Shown one piece after another: positions 9,018 to 18,440 of a stretch of 55,770 nt of DNA. The notes beneath the pieces are model-generated. The model did no database searches. It was not told the DNA's origin and was given only the letters and a program-made list of their open reading frames with translations. The DNA comes from Candidatus Woesearchaeota archaeon (GTDB lineage: Archaea > Nanobdellota > Nanobdellia > Pacearchaeales > UBA284), in the NCBI GenBank assembly GCA_964413705.1, contig CAYPSK010000002.1, forward strand, positions 1 through 55,770, in the 5' to 3' direction. Made by a program: the position numbers and the translations under genes. How positions within the stretch are numbered: the first letter of the stretch is position 1; each line of letters starts with the position of its first letter.

Positions 9018-9079
9018 ATAGATAAATTTATCTATCACCATAGATAAATTTATCTATCCCTATAGACATAATTATCTAT
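9018..9079. promoter_or_regulatory. Three 18-bp palindromic operator-like sites phased at 22 bp
   Basis: ATAGATAAATTTATCTAT is a perfect palindrome at 9018-9035 and again at 9040-9057. An imperfect third copy ATAGACATAATTATCTAT lies at 9062-9079. Start-to-start spacing is exactly 22 bp. All three sit in the divergent intergenic region between the GTPase gene and the wHTH-NTase gene. Confidence 0.6.
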
Positions 9080-9217
9080 GATTGAAAATATTATCTCAAC
9101 ACTTCCAAGAAATAAAGAATCAATTTACAAAGGGTTTTGTAATTGCAGAAAACTAAAAAAATATATTGTGGTTCCGGAAAAAGAATTTGTTTCATTTGTT
9201 GAAGAGAGGTGTTTCGA

Positions 9218-9826
9218 ATGATATTTCCAATTTCGAAAGCAAAATATAAGATTATAAAATCTATATACGAAAATCCAAACATACGGATTTCTGAACTCTT
9301 AAAGATAAATAAAATTTCTCAAAAGTCCGGATATTTATATATAAATGAACTTTTAGACGCGCATATAATTTCTCAGAAGATAGACAAGCCATTAAGGTTA
9401 TTAAAACCAGATTTCAATGAAGCGGGGAAAATGGTTTTTTCATTGGTTGAGGAAGAGAAAAAACTGCATTTTTTTGAGAGGCATAAAGAGTTAAAAGGGC
9501 CATTTTTTCAATTTGAGAAAGAAACTTCCAATTTCATTACGTGTGCCTTAATTTTTGGCTCTTTTTCAAGATCAAGTGAAAATAAAGAGAGTGATGTAGA
9601 TATAATGATAATTACTGAAAACCAAGAAAATAAAAAGATTGAGAAAGCAGTTGAGAAATGTTTTATCACTCTTAAAAACAAACCCTCTATTCGGCTTGTT
9701 ACAAAAGATAATTTTATCGATTCACTTGAAAAAGAAGATGAATTTGCAAAACAAATACTAAAAGATTATATAATCATCATTAATTCATCAGGTTGGATAA
9801 ACCTGATATCAAAATCAAAAAAATGA
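9218..9826 (+). CDS. Winged-helix + nucleotidyltransferase (MNT-like) domain protein
   Basis: ATG at 9218 is preferred over the listed GTG at 9209. The N-terminus looks HTH-like (NIRISELLKINKISQKSGYLYINELL). The central GSFSRSSENKESDVDIMII matches the GSxxR...DxD minimal nucleotidyltransferase motif. Confidence 0.65.
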   Translation: MIFPISKAKYKIIKSIYENPNIRISELLKINKISQKSGYLYINELLDAHIISQKIDKPLRLLKPDFNEAGKMVFSLVEEEKKLHFFERHKELKGPFFQFEKETSNFITCALIFGSFSRSSENKESDVDIMIITENQENKKIEKAVEKCFITLKNKPSIRLVTKDNFIDSLEKEDEFAKQILKDYIIIINSSGWINLISKSKK

Positions 9827-9899
9827 GTATAATATAATGAAAAAAAATGGAATCTAAATTTTTAAAAACCTCAAATTCCTCTGTTTTTAGAGGAAAAAG

Positions 9900-12800
9900 A
9901 TGGAAAAAAAGGAAAGAAAAGGCACAACAAGAATTATTCTTTTCTTAATAGCTTTACTACTAATTTTTTTAATCCCCTATTTTAGTGAGGCAACACAATA
10001 TCCCTGTAACAGTAGAAGTGATTGCAATGACAAAATTCGTGAAGCAGAAGGGGGGGATGAAGTTATCCTAACTCAAGATATTGAGGTAAATTATTGGATT
10101 TACATTGACACAAAAACAAATTTCATATTCAATTGCAATGGGAGCCTAATAGATTCAACAGTCGCACCTGATCCAGCAATATGGATTAGAGCAGGAAACA
10201 CAGTCAAATTAAGAAATTGTATCCTAGATGGCAAGCATGTTGGTTCGAAAGGAATTTTCATATCAAATGGTGCTGAAAATGTTTTTATTGAGAATTCTGA
10301 AATCAGGGGTTTTACATATAGGGGTATTGATCATGGGGGAAATGGTGGCACAGGAAAGCTAGTAGTAACTAATAGTTATATACATGACAATGATGATGCA
10401 GGAATTCTGATTCATAATAATCAAGCTCATGCCGAAATATATGGTACAATGATAATAAATAATAAAATAGGAGTTTATTATGACTCAGGAGTATCTGGAA
10501 AAATAATAAACTCTACTCTTGCTAAAAACACCCAGAATGATTTGAAGGCTCGAATCACATTAGATTGTCAGAGCACTTATTGCGAGATGGACCAGCAGTG
10601 TTCCTTTTGTGCAAAGAGAAGGGCAGATCCCTTGCCGGATTTATGGGCTGGATGTATACAAAAAGATAAAAGTTATGTCGGTTGCCAGAGATACTCATGG
10701 GATAGAGGATTTAATTTCAAAATTCCAACCATTAATTTTTGTGCAGCAATGCCAGATGCTTGTTACCAAAAACCAGAGTACTCGAAATTTTGTAAATCAG
10801 AAGATATACATTCAGTTTTTGATTGTGCGGGCTGTGGTGGCAATAATCAAGTTGACTTTTGTGGCAGCGGAATATGTTTTGGAACATCTGGATACGCATA
10901 TTGTAAAAACTGTAAAATAGATCATATAGGGGTGAGTCCGGTCTTGCCCGAATGCTGGATTTCTGAAAATCAGGAGTATGTTTGTAATGAAAACAGCAAA
11001 ATTAATATTAGTCTAAAAACAGGATACCAAAATGAATGCAATTCCATAAAATGCATTAAAGTGTATTTAAGCTCACCTAAAACAAAAAGGCTAGTGATAT
11101 CAAAAAGAATTTGTTTTAACACAGTTGGTCAATCGACAGACATCAACACCTCATTTTTTGTGAATTCGTCCTACTTCTCAAGTCCAGAAGTAAGACGCTT
11201 ATTCGATCCAAAGTATAATCCTTGGAATATAACCCAAATTTATATTTATAACACCACAGATAACTATGTTCAGTTCATAGGAAGATCTACTAGTCTTGGT
11301 TTTAATAGTTTGCCTATTAATTTCAGCGAGGCTCAAGCTCCTCCGGGTCCTGAATGTGAGATTAAGAGCGCATTCGTTGACACAAAATTTTGCACGGGCA
11401 TGCCCCAGCCAGATGGAACAAAAAAATGTTTTGAGGGAGATAAGATTAATATAAGCATTACAATTAATGATCTCTGTTATAGATCTATCCTTAAAGAGAT
11501 AAAAGTTGATTTAAGCGAAGAGTCTGGCGAAGAGTGGGGATTGCCCATCACCGGATATGCTATTTTTGAAGGATGTTCTATGACCCTGGGTGCACCAGAT
11601 TCAGGCGCACTACGCTGTGGGGTGTATGGGACAGATAAAATATGTTGGGGGTATGCAACACTTAGTGATGTAAGCCCAGAGTGTTTTAATAAACCACTAA
11701 ACGCAAGCTATGTAGCAGTATATAACCAAAGCGGTTTTGTGCAAGACAATGTTGGATTTTTCGGAAATATTACAATAATCAAGCCAGCATGCAACATAGT
11801 CAGTGCGCAAATAATTCCAAACTGTAATGGTGTCTGCGATATTGGAGAAGAAATTACATTAAACATCGCTGTTGAAGATAAAGACAAATGCAAAAATGTG
11901 AGTAAAATGGAGATTCTCGGAGGAAATGGTGCAGGATGGATAGGAACAGCTTTTGTTATTCTTGGCTTGGCAACAGGAGGTGGTTCTGAATGTTCGATTA
12001 CTATGGAAAATTCAGGCAGCATAAGAGCGTATAACCAAAACCTTCCGGGCATCAGTAATGGATTTTATACCTCTACTTGGACAATCAAGGAAATAAAACC
12101 AGAATGCAATGGGCAAAAAATTACTGCAAGCACAGCGAAACTCTACAATGCAAGTGGAATAATTGGTTCCCTATCTGGCACCGGAGTTGAAGGTTCATTC
12201 ACCTTTACATATCGTGACTTGAACAAGCCAATGCAGGCAATAATCAATACTACTCCTAACTTAGAAGGTATTCTTAATCCTCTTTTAGATATAAAATTAG
12301 AACAATTAAGCATAGGGGACATTAAACAATGGAACTGGTCCTACAAATCTGTAGAATCGCAGAAATGGACTCTATATAAAAAAGATGGGCAGATGAATAC
12401 TACTATAAAATTTTCTGAGCCCCCACGAAATATAAAAATTGGAAACTATGAAATCAATCTAAGTGTCTGGAATGAGACAATGTGGGATTCAACAAAAGTT
12501 AAAATTCGTTTACTTTCTCCTGGCCATGGTCCACTAGCAGTAATTTCTGTTCCCTCTGATAATCAGGTGTTTACTTCAAGGACAGTTCCCTTTGATGGCG
12601 ACCTAAGTGAGTGGCCAGAATATGTGGATTTATTCAACATGACTTGGATTTTCTCAGATACAAAAAACAAAACAGTTAATGCAAGTGTATCAAAAACAAT
12701 GACCTATAGGTATGATAAAAGTCTTGCAAGCCCAAATTCCTTTAAAATCAAGTTAAATGCAAGCGGTGGAAATAAATATACAATAGATATAGTTAATTTT

Positions 12801-13616
12801 TACATCGGAGTATGTGATGAAGGATCCTCAAAAAATCCAAGATATATTTTCGCAGGTGAGTGTGGTTCAGACAAACCAAATTGGTGTGACCCAAGCACAT
12901 GCGACTCAATAACAAAGACCTGCGAGTTTACACCAAGCTGTACACTATGTGGTTGTATTGGTGGCAAGACTTGCAACATGGCACAAGGTACATGCGTAGC
13001 TGCTCAAACCATGCAAACCTGCGGGGACAAGAGCAGTGGAACTTGTGAGAATGATAACCCCCCTGGTTGTTATCTAGACAAGGAAGAAAATCCAGATAAA
13101 TGCAAATCATGTTATAGTTATGGCCAGAGAACAATAACATCGTGCAGCAACTATAGCAATCCTGAATCTTGTGGCAATGATAAATGTCAGTTAGGCATAA
13201 GTGGTTCAGATGCACTTCTTATGCTAGGACAAAGAAAACTTATTTTGGGAGAGGAGTATGAGGTAATCAAAACCCAGTGTTCATGGAATTTAGGAACAAC
13301 ATCTTGCACACTAAATGCAACATGGTCCCCAGCACAATCAAATAATAATCCAGTTCCTCAAAATGTTCAGTGCATATATTCAACACTAATTGGTTCATGT
13401 GGAAGCTGCAATGCAGGAATATTTCAAGGAAAATTAATTAAGTATACTCTGGTTTCAGGCACTCAAGAAAACTGTGGCGGCTCGTATGAATCCTGTGCAA
13501 GATGTGGTTTTACACAAGAAAGGCTTCCTTTCTTTTCAGTTTGGCAAATCATTCCAGTCATATTTTTGATAGTGATGTACTATTTTGTTGTATCAAAAAA
13601 GAAGCGCATGAAGTAA
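9900..13616 (+). CDS. Giant Cys-rich surface protein with N-terminal right-handed beta-helix (NosD/pectate-lyase-like) repeats and C-terminal TM anchor
   Basis: 1238 aa. N-terminal signal/TM (IILFLIALLLIFLIPYFSEA). PbH1-like repeats (NCILDG..GIFISNGAENVFIENSEIRG..VVTNSYIHDNDDAGILIHNN..IINNKIGVYYDS). Several repeats of a ~100-130 aa Cys-framed module. EGF-like Cys cluster near the C-terminus. Terminal hydrophobic helix followed by KKKRMK. Confidence 0.8.
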   Translation: MEKKERKGTTRIILFLIALLLIFLIPYFSEATQYPCNSRSDCNDKIREAEGGDEVILTQDIEVNYWIYIDTKTNFIFNCNGSLIDSTVAPDPAIWIRAGNTVKLRNCILDGKHVGSKGIFISNGAENVFIENSEIRGFTYRGIDHGGNGGTGKLVVTNSYIHDNDDAGILIHNNQAHAEIYGTMIINNKIGVYYDSGVSGKIINSTLAKNTQNDLKARITLDCQSTYCEMDQQCSFCAKRRADPLPDLWAGCIQKDKSYVGCQRYSWDRGFNFKIPTINFCAAMPDACYQKPEYSKFCKSEDIHSVFDCAGCGGNNQVDFCGSGICFGTSGYAYCKNCKIDHIGVSPVLPECWISENQEYVCNENSKINISLKTGYQNECNSIKCIKVYLSSPKTKRLVISKRICFNTVGQSTDINTSFFVNSSYFSSPEVRRLFDPKYNPWNITQIYIYNTTDNYVQFIGRSTSLGFNSLPINFSEAQAPPGPECEIKSAFVDTKFCTGMPQPDGTKKCFEGDKINISITINDLCYRSILKEIKVDLSEESGEEWGLPITGYAIFEGCSMTLGAPDSGALRCGVYGTDKICWGYATLSDVSPECFNKPLNASYVAVYNQSGFVQDNVGFFGNITIIKPACNIVSAQIIPNCNGVCDIGEEITLNIAVEDKDKCKNVSKMEILGGNGAGWIGTAFVILGLATGGGSECSITMENSGSIRAYNQNLPGISNGFYTSTWTIKEIKPECNGQKITASTAKLYNASGIIGSLSGTGVEGSFTFTYRDLNKPMQAIINTTPNLEGILNPLLDIKLEQLSIGDIKQWNWSYKSVESQKWTLYKKDGQMNTTIKFSEPPRNIKIGNYEINLSVWNETMWDSTKVKIRLLSPGHGPLAVISVPSDNQVFTSRTVPFDGDLSEWPEYVDLFNMTWIFSDTKNKTVNASVSKTMTYRYDKSLASPNSFKIKLNASGGNKYTIDIVNFYIGVCDEGSSKNPRYIFAGECGSDKPNWCDPSTCDSITKTCEFTPSCTLCGCIGGKTCNMAQGTCVAAQTMQTCGDKSSGTCENDNPPGCYLDKEENPDKCKSCYSYGQRTITSCSNYSNPESCGNDKCQLGISGSDALLMLGQRKLILGEEYEVIKTQCSWNLGTTSCTLNATWSPAQSNNNPVPQNVQCIYSTLIGSCGSCNAGIFQGKLIKYTLVSGTQENCGGSYESCARCGFTQERLPFFSVWQIIPVIFLIVMYYFVVSKKKRMK

Positions 13617-13629
13617 TAAAATAAAAAGA

Positions 13630-13659
13630 TGCCACGTGCTGAAGCACAAAATTGTGGCA
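13630..13659 (+). repeat. GCACAAAA two-level hairpin, copy D
   Basis: Outer stem TGCCAC/GTGGCA, inner mini-hairpin GTGC-TGAA-GCAC, then AAAATT. Lies 14 nt after the stop of 9900..13616 and ~12 nt upstream of a TATA-like CTTATAAAAAAT. Confidence 0.5.
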
Positions 13660-13704
13660 CAAACATGCAATCTTATAAAAAATAAAAATAAAAAAGAGGA
13701 AAAA

Positions 13705-16338
13705 ATGAAAAAAGAAATATTTATCTTATTTATCATGCTGGGTATTCTGGCACTTCCTTTATTCTTTAACCTCTCTTCTGCAACAATAACAAAAGGAACT
13801 CCTTTTTTCAATCTTTCATCATCAATCTGTGGTCCAAGCCAGCCAATTGAGGGTTTTGTTAACTTCTCTTTAAATAATCAGGACTCTGATATAAAGATTT
13901 CTGTTAATTCAAGTTCCTTTCTGAAATCTTTGAAATTAATTGATTTTCTTAAAAAAAGCAGTGCTGTCTTTACATGCAATCCATCATCCTGCCTGCCGAT
14001 ATACAGTTTTGTTTCAGGTTCAGAGCAAGAAAGCAAGAATTTCGATTTAGAGAACTCTGATAAACTTCTTGGAATAAAAATTCAGGGCCTGAATAATGTT
14101 GAAATCAAGAACCTGAGTTTCATAATCAGAGGTTCAAGCAACCAGGAATTTACATGTTCTGAGAGTTTTGTTAGACTAGATGTTCTTGATGATGATGCAA
14201 TAAATTATGAATACACCAGCCCCAATGAAAATAATAATTGCACTGACTTTACAAATTCTTGTTTCTCCATGAGCAATACAGTTGACTTTGACCTTGATTC
14301 AAATCCAAAATGTGAAAAGATTTTCATAGAAAAGACAGGCAAAGTAGACATAGGCGCGTATGTTACTCTTTCATCAGGAGATCCAAGTCAGTTAGTGATG
14401 ACACTCTATGATCCAAAGACAGCAAAGAAATATAATTGCACTATTGGAGAAACTGAGGGGGTGTTAACTGGTTTTAATTTCTGTTCAATAAACTCAGAGA
14501 ATAATCCAAACTTTTTTATTGATGAGGCAAGAGACGTCTATGTATGTATTTCAAATCAAGGAACAGGCCTTTATTCCATAAAAGGAGAATCAGATTATCC
14601 TTGTGGCTTTCTAGGAAGCCCAGAGAGTTTCAATGGGAACTTTTTATTTGACTATCCTATTTATATAAGATACTATGGCTTTTCTCCTATCAGGGGAGGA
14701 GAAGAAATTTTATTTTGGGATTCTAACTTCAGATCAGAGACATCTGAATCACTTATGGCCTATATTCAAGATTATATTAATTCAAGATACTCTGGAAATT
14801 GCTTGTCAGGATGTATAATTCCTATAAATTTTATTGCTAATGGAAAACAAAGCTTGGTTATATCTGACTTAGAACTCAAGTTTACAAGTAATCCAGGAGG
14901 ACCAGCAACTATTAGGACATTTTGGGATATCACTAAGACACCAGTCAGCGTTACAATGCCAAACTCAGTCTTCTCACTAAATGCATTTAATATCTCTGCG
15001 CCCTCAGCAATGGGAGATTATAAATTTATCCTAACTCTAGGAACATCTTCATCAATTCCTTTTAAAGTCTCAAATGTTCCGATTATTCAATCACTCACTC
15101 CTTTATTTATCTCCCCTAATAAACCAACAACATTCTATGCCAGTGTTCAACAATTTCAAAATCCTATTTCAAATTATACCTGGGATTGGGGAGATGGCTC
15201 TCAAGAAACAACCCTAGTTCCAAGTGCAAGCCACACATATTCTGAGGGTTCTTTTACACTGACACTAAAAGTCATAGATTCTTCAAGCTTAATGGGCATT
15301 AGGTCCTTTTTAATAAATACAACAATCACAAAACAAGCTCTTAATCAAACTTATCTTGAGAAGAAGCAGGCATATCAATCTTTGGCATCACTAGGGGACT
15401 CCTGGTATCTTGATTTATTAATTAATAAAACCCTAGTAAATAGCTCCCTAAATGAGGTAGCAACTCTGCTCGAGACATCAAATGACTTATTTTTGATAAA
15501 AGGAAAACTTGATTTGATAATGGTTCCAGTATCTCTAAATGACACCCAAGTTCTCCCAGAATCAAACTATTACCCAAATGTTGAATCAGTCAGCTTTGAT
15601 AAATTATCTGAACTTGGTGCAGGGCAGTATGATTCTTATTACAAAGAGGGCATGTTGAATGAGTTATTGCTCTGGCAGGACCAAGTTACTCTAAAACTTA
15701 GTGGAAGAGTCAAGCAAGTTGTTTTTGATGATTCATCAACTCAAGAAATAACTCTCTTGACAATAAGAATTATTCCGCCTGTCTCAGAAGAAGTTTATTT
15801 TATCTATGACCTGCCTGCCTCCTTGAACAAGGCCCAGATTATGGTAAAAGAGAACATAGCCTTTTTAGACCTAGGTTCTTCGATTGGCGCAAAGTTTTCA
15901 GAAGATGAAACTATAAATATCGCTCTCCCAATAAAACAATCACTAGCTCAGCAGACATTCTATGTCTCGCCATCATTATCAATTTTAGTAAAGGAACAAG
16001 ATTCAGTAAATCCTACAAGCAAGCCAAGCCTAGTTCTCCCAATTATTGTTTTAGTGATTATATTCCTGGCTTTGGTTGTTCTTCTATTTTTAATTTGGAA
16101 AAAGAAATTGCTAGGTTCTGGTTCAAAGTCAAAATCCTCTGCATCTAACTCAGAAGATTTATTTGCAAACCCTTCTGATTTGATGAGCTTAATAAGCTAT
16201 ATTCAGACTAGCCAACAAGAAGGAAAAAATAAAAAGATAATAGAAAAGGAACTTCTAGACAGCGGATGGACAAAAGCCCAGATAAAGTATGCCTATGAGA
16301 ACATGGGCACAGATATTTCCTCATTCAGTATTCAATGA
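13705..16338 (+). CDS. Large surface protein with PKD-like domain and C-terminal TM plus cytoplasmic tail
   Basis: ATG at 13705 is preceded by GAGGA and gives a signal peptide (MKKEIFILFIMLGILALPLFFNLSSA). The listed GTG start at 13636 lies inside the intergenic hairpin. PKD signature YTWDWGDGS...HTY. TM helix LVLPIIVLVIIFLALVVLLFLIW followed by an ~85-aa tail. Confidence 0.8.
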   Translation: MKKEIFILFIMLGILALPLFFNLSSATITKGTPFFNLSSSICGPSQPIEGFVNFSLNNQDSDIKISVNSSSFLKSLKLIDFLKKSSAVFTCNPSSCLPIYSFVSGSEQESKNFDLENSDKLLGIKIQGLNNVEIKNLSFIIRGSSNQEFTCSESFVRLDVLDDDAINYEYTSPNENNNCTDFTNSCFSMSNTVDFDLDSNPKCEKIFIEKTGKVDIGAYVTLSSGDPSQLVMTLYDPKTAKKYNCTIGETEGVLTGFNFCSINSENNPNFFIDEARDVYVCISNQGTGLYSIKGESDYPCGFLGSPESFNGNFLFDYPIYIRYYGFSPIRGGEEILFWDSNFRSETSESLMAYIQDYINSRYSGNCLSGCIIPINFIANGKQSLVISDLELKFTSNPGGPATIRTFWDITKTPVSVTMPNSVFSLNAFNISAPSAMGDYKFILTLGTSSSIPFKVSNVPIIQSLTPLFISPNKPTTFYASVQQFQNPISNYTWDWGDGSQETTLVPSASHTYSEGSFTLTLKVIDSSSLMGIRSFLINTTITKQALNQTYLEKKQAYQSLASLGDSWYLDLLINKTLVNSSLNEVATLLETSNDLFLIKGKLDLIMVPVSLNDTQVLPESNYYPNVESVSFDKLSELGAGQYDSYYKEGMLNELLLWQDQVTLKLSGRVKQVVFDDSSTQEITLLTIRIIPPVSEEVYFIYDLPASLNKAQIMVKENIAFLDLGSSIGAKFSEDETINIALPIKQSLAQQTFYVSPSLSILVKEQDSVNPTSKPSLVLPIIVLVIIFLALVVLLFLIWKKKLLGSGSKSKSSASNSEDLFANPSDLMSLISYIQTSQQEGKNKKIIEKELLDSGWTKAQIKYAYENMGTDISSFSIQ

Positions 16339-16346
16339 AAATTAAC

Positions 16347-16381
16347 TTATCGCTGCGCAATAGCGCACAACGTTGCGATAA
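16347..16381. terminator. Compound GC-containing hairpin between convergent genes
   Basis: TTATCGC...GCGATAA outer inverted repeat enclosing TGCGC-AATA-GCGCA. Located between the stop of 13705..16338 and the stop of 16416..16796. Confidence 0.35.
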
Positions 16382-16415
16382 ATAGACAATATACATTAAG
16401 AGAGTTCTTTAATAT

Positions 16416-16796
16416 TTACTTTCTCAATAGAAGTTGTATCTTTGTCGGGTCTTTCTTAATATCTCTTACGATTGTTGCAGGCCCAACAATAGTTATCGCA
16501 TCCCTATTTCCAGTAAGAGCAGATGCGAACTTCTCTCTCATTGACTGGAAAACAGAAAGTCCCTTGGCTTCAGGAAGAAAACTGACAAGTTCAATTCCCT
16601 TGAATTTTGAAGATTTTCCTATTTTCTTCATAGTTTCCTCAATCAAGTCAGCTTCTTCTTCTGGTTCGAGTTTTCCCTGAATTAATATGATTTTGTCTTC
16701 TGAAACAATATCCAAGAGTTTTTTGACTCTCTTGTAGCTAGTTAGATACGCTACCTCTGCAAATGGAACAAACTGAATTGTTATATCTTTCATCAT
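16416..16796 (-). CDS. DUF2073-like conserved archaeal protein
   Basis: 126 aa. Sits immediately downstream of a small GTPase and divergent from a Zn-ribbon protein. From memory, this triad is a conserved archaeal neighbourhood. Confidence 0.55.
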   Translation of the reverse strand: MMKDITIQFVPFAEVAYLTSYKRVKKLLDIVSEDKIILIQGKLEPEEEADLIEETMKKIGKSSKFKGIELVSFLPEAKGLSVFQSMREKFASALTGNRDAITIVGPATIVRDIKKDPTKIQLLLRK

Positions 16797-16818
16797 TTTT
16801 TCTCTTTTTTTTTTGGGT

Positions 16819-17475
16819 TTAAGTCTTTTTAATTAATCCGAATAATGAATCATAAAATTCTTCTATATTTTTTCCTTGTTTTGCAGATATCCCGACAACA
16901 CCATACTCTGGAAATGCGGCCTCAATTTTCTTTGCATCTGCTCCTTTTAAATCAATTTTATTTGCAGCGATTAAAACAGGAATTTTCCTGGCAACAAGAT
17001 TGCCGATGATTGTTACATTGACTTGGCTATAAGGATTTTTTGTTGAATCCAGGACAACAACAACTGCATCAACATCATCAAGCCATTTGATAGATTCTAT
17101 GACTCCTCGCGTTGCTTCTTTTGCTCTTGATTTAGCTGCTTTCATATTTAATCCAAAGTGCATGAAATCTTCATAATCTATCTTTGTAGCTATGCCTGGC
17201 GTATCAATAATCTTAAAAACAGCTTCCTTGCCTTTATGCGTAACATTGACTTTTTCTTTAAACTGAACATTTCTTGTTTCATGAGGAACTTTAGAAACAC
17301 TCCCAAGTTCTTCTCCTAAGAAATCAATGCATATCTTATTTGCTAGGGTTGTTTTTCCTGCATTCGGCGGACCATAGAATCCGATTTTTACATTTTTCTT
17401 TGTATTGAATATGCCAGAGAATATCCTCCTAAAAAATTTTGCTAAAGCTGATTTTTTATTACTTTCTTTGCTCAT
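16819..17475 (-). CDS. Small GTP-binding protein (Era/EngB-like P-loop GTPase)
   Basis: 218 aa. G1 GPPNAGKTT, G3 DTPG, G4 NKID, G5-like SAK. Confidence 0.8.
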   Translation of the reverse strand: MSKESNKKSALAKFFRRIFSGIFNTKKNVKIGFYGPPNAGKTTLANKICIDFLGEELGSVSKVPHETRNVQFKEKVNVTHKGKEAVFKIIDTPGIATKIDYEDFMHFGLNMKAAKSRAKEATRGVIESIKWLDDVDAVVVVLDSTKNPYSQVNVTIIGNLVARKIPVLIAANKIDLKGADAKKIEAAFPEYGVVGISAKQGKNIEEFYDSLFGLIKKT

Positions 17476-17568
17476 TTTTTGTCCCTATTTTTTTTGCCTC
17501 TGTTTAATTTAATTTAAAATTTGAGGAATATTTAAATCTTGCGCATCGCAGGTTTAAAAGAATTCTAA

Positions 17569-17594
17569 GCGCACGAGTGTAAAATGAAGCGCAC
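17569..17594. repeat. Paired GCGCAC element
   Basis: gcgcac-gagtgtaaaatgaa-gcgcac, hexamers exactly 20 bp apart. Followed by aaatct, as in the 53394 copy. A third GCGCAT lies 28 bp upstream at 17541. Confidence 0.5.
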
Positions 17595-17798
17595 AAATCT
17601 TTATTTTTGAGAGGATCTTTTCTATATCGATAGTAGTTCATGCGGATTAGTGAAAAACCTCGTTATTTATCTGTAATTTTGTTACTGGGCACTGGTTAAA
17701 TGCACACCAATTTCATTTAGATAATCCTAAAAACATTTATATATCTTTTCACCTTTGCGTGATTGCCAAGAAGGAGATAAGTTAAAAATCATAGTGTT

Positions 17799-17838
17799 CT
17801 GAGCAAGACTGCCTCAGCACAAAACCTGTCTTGCTAAG
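17799..17838 (+). repeat. GCACAAAA two-level hairpin, copy A
   Basis: Outer stem AGCAAGAC/GTCTTGCT at 17802-17809/17828-17835, extendable with one mismatch. Inner TGC-CTCA-GCA, then CAAAACCT. Lies just upstream of a TATA-like ATTAAATTATATAT and the ATG at 17869. Confidence 0.55.
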
Positions 17839-17868
17839 AATTAAATTATATATGGGTTTGATTAAAAC

Positions 17869-18387
17869 ATGCCAAATAGATGTGTTAGATGTGGAAAGAT
17901 ATATCAGAATGCAGCTCCAGAGATTTTAACTGGATGTACTTGTGGTTCTCATTATTTCTTCTTCTTTAAAGAAGATGATATCAATTTATTTGAGCAGACA
18001 GATGCCTTGACAAACCAAGAACGTGAGGAGATTCTAGAAGATGTCAAGGGAATTGTTGGAGAAGAGCCAGACAAACCAGTTATTCTGAACTTAGAATCTA
18101 TAAGGATAAAAAAACCAGGGAAATTTGAGATAGACCTAGTTAGTTTATTTAAAGGTGAGCCAGTAATCTATAAGCTTGAAGATGGAAAATATATCATAGA
18201 TCTTGCCTCAACATTCATGCTGAGCAAGCACAAAGTTGAACCTGAAAGAGTTCCAATTCCAGACACAGAATTGATGAAACAAGTAAAGAAAGAACAGGAA
18301 AAAGAATCCAGCGAGTTTGATTTTGAAGATGTCGGGCAAATCAAGACTGAAAAAGAGGAAAAAGGAGATAAAGAGAAAGTGCACTAA
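17869..18387 (+). CDS. Zn-ribbon protein (DUF2072-like) with acidic C-terminal tail
   Basis: 172 aa. N-terminal CVRCG...CTCGS four-Cys ribbon. Divergent from the GTPase/DUF2073 pair. Confidence 0.6.
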   Translation: MPNRCVRCGKIYQNAAPEILTGCTCGSHYFFFFKEDDINLFEQTDALTNQEREEILEDVKGIVGEEPDKPVILNLESIRIKKPGKFEIDLVSLFKGEPVIYKLEDGKYIIDLASTFMLSKHKVEPERVPIPDTELMKQVKKEQEKESSEFDFEDVGQIKTEKEEKGDKEKVH

Positions 18388-18404
18388 TGCAAACTAAATC
18401 GCAT
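18379..18404. repeat. Paired GYGCAY element (degenerate), overlapping a stop codon
   Basis: gtgcac-taatgcaaactaaa-tcgcat, 19 of 26 positions identical to the 53394 copy. Overlaps the last two codons and the stop of 17869..18387. Confidence 0.45.
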
Positions 18405-18440
18405 AAAGAATTATTCTAGTCAATATTTTTATCTTAACTA

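Noticed and set aside
9018-9079. Possible miniature CRISPR array, because of regularly spaced repeats.
   Set aside because: There are only three units. The 'spacers' are 4 nt, the repeats are themselves palindromes of 18 bp, and no cas genes are nearby. The array fits an operator array, not CRISPR.
9091-9282. 63-aa minus-strand ORF across the start of the wHTH-NTase gene.
   Set aside because: It overlaps the better-supported + strand gene and its promoter. It has no motif and is probably an AT-rich chance ORF.
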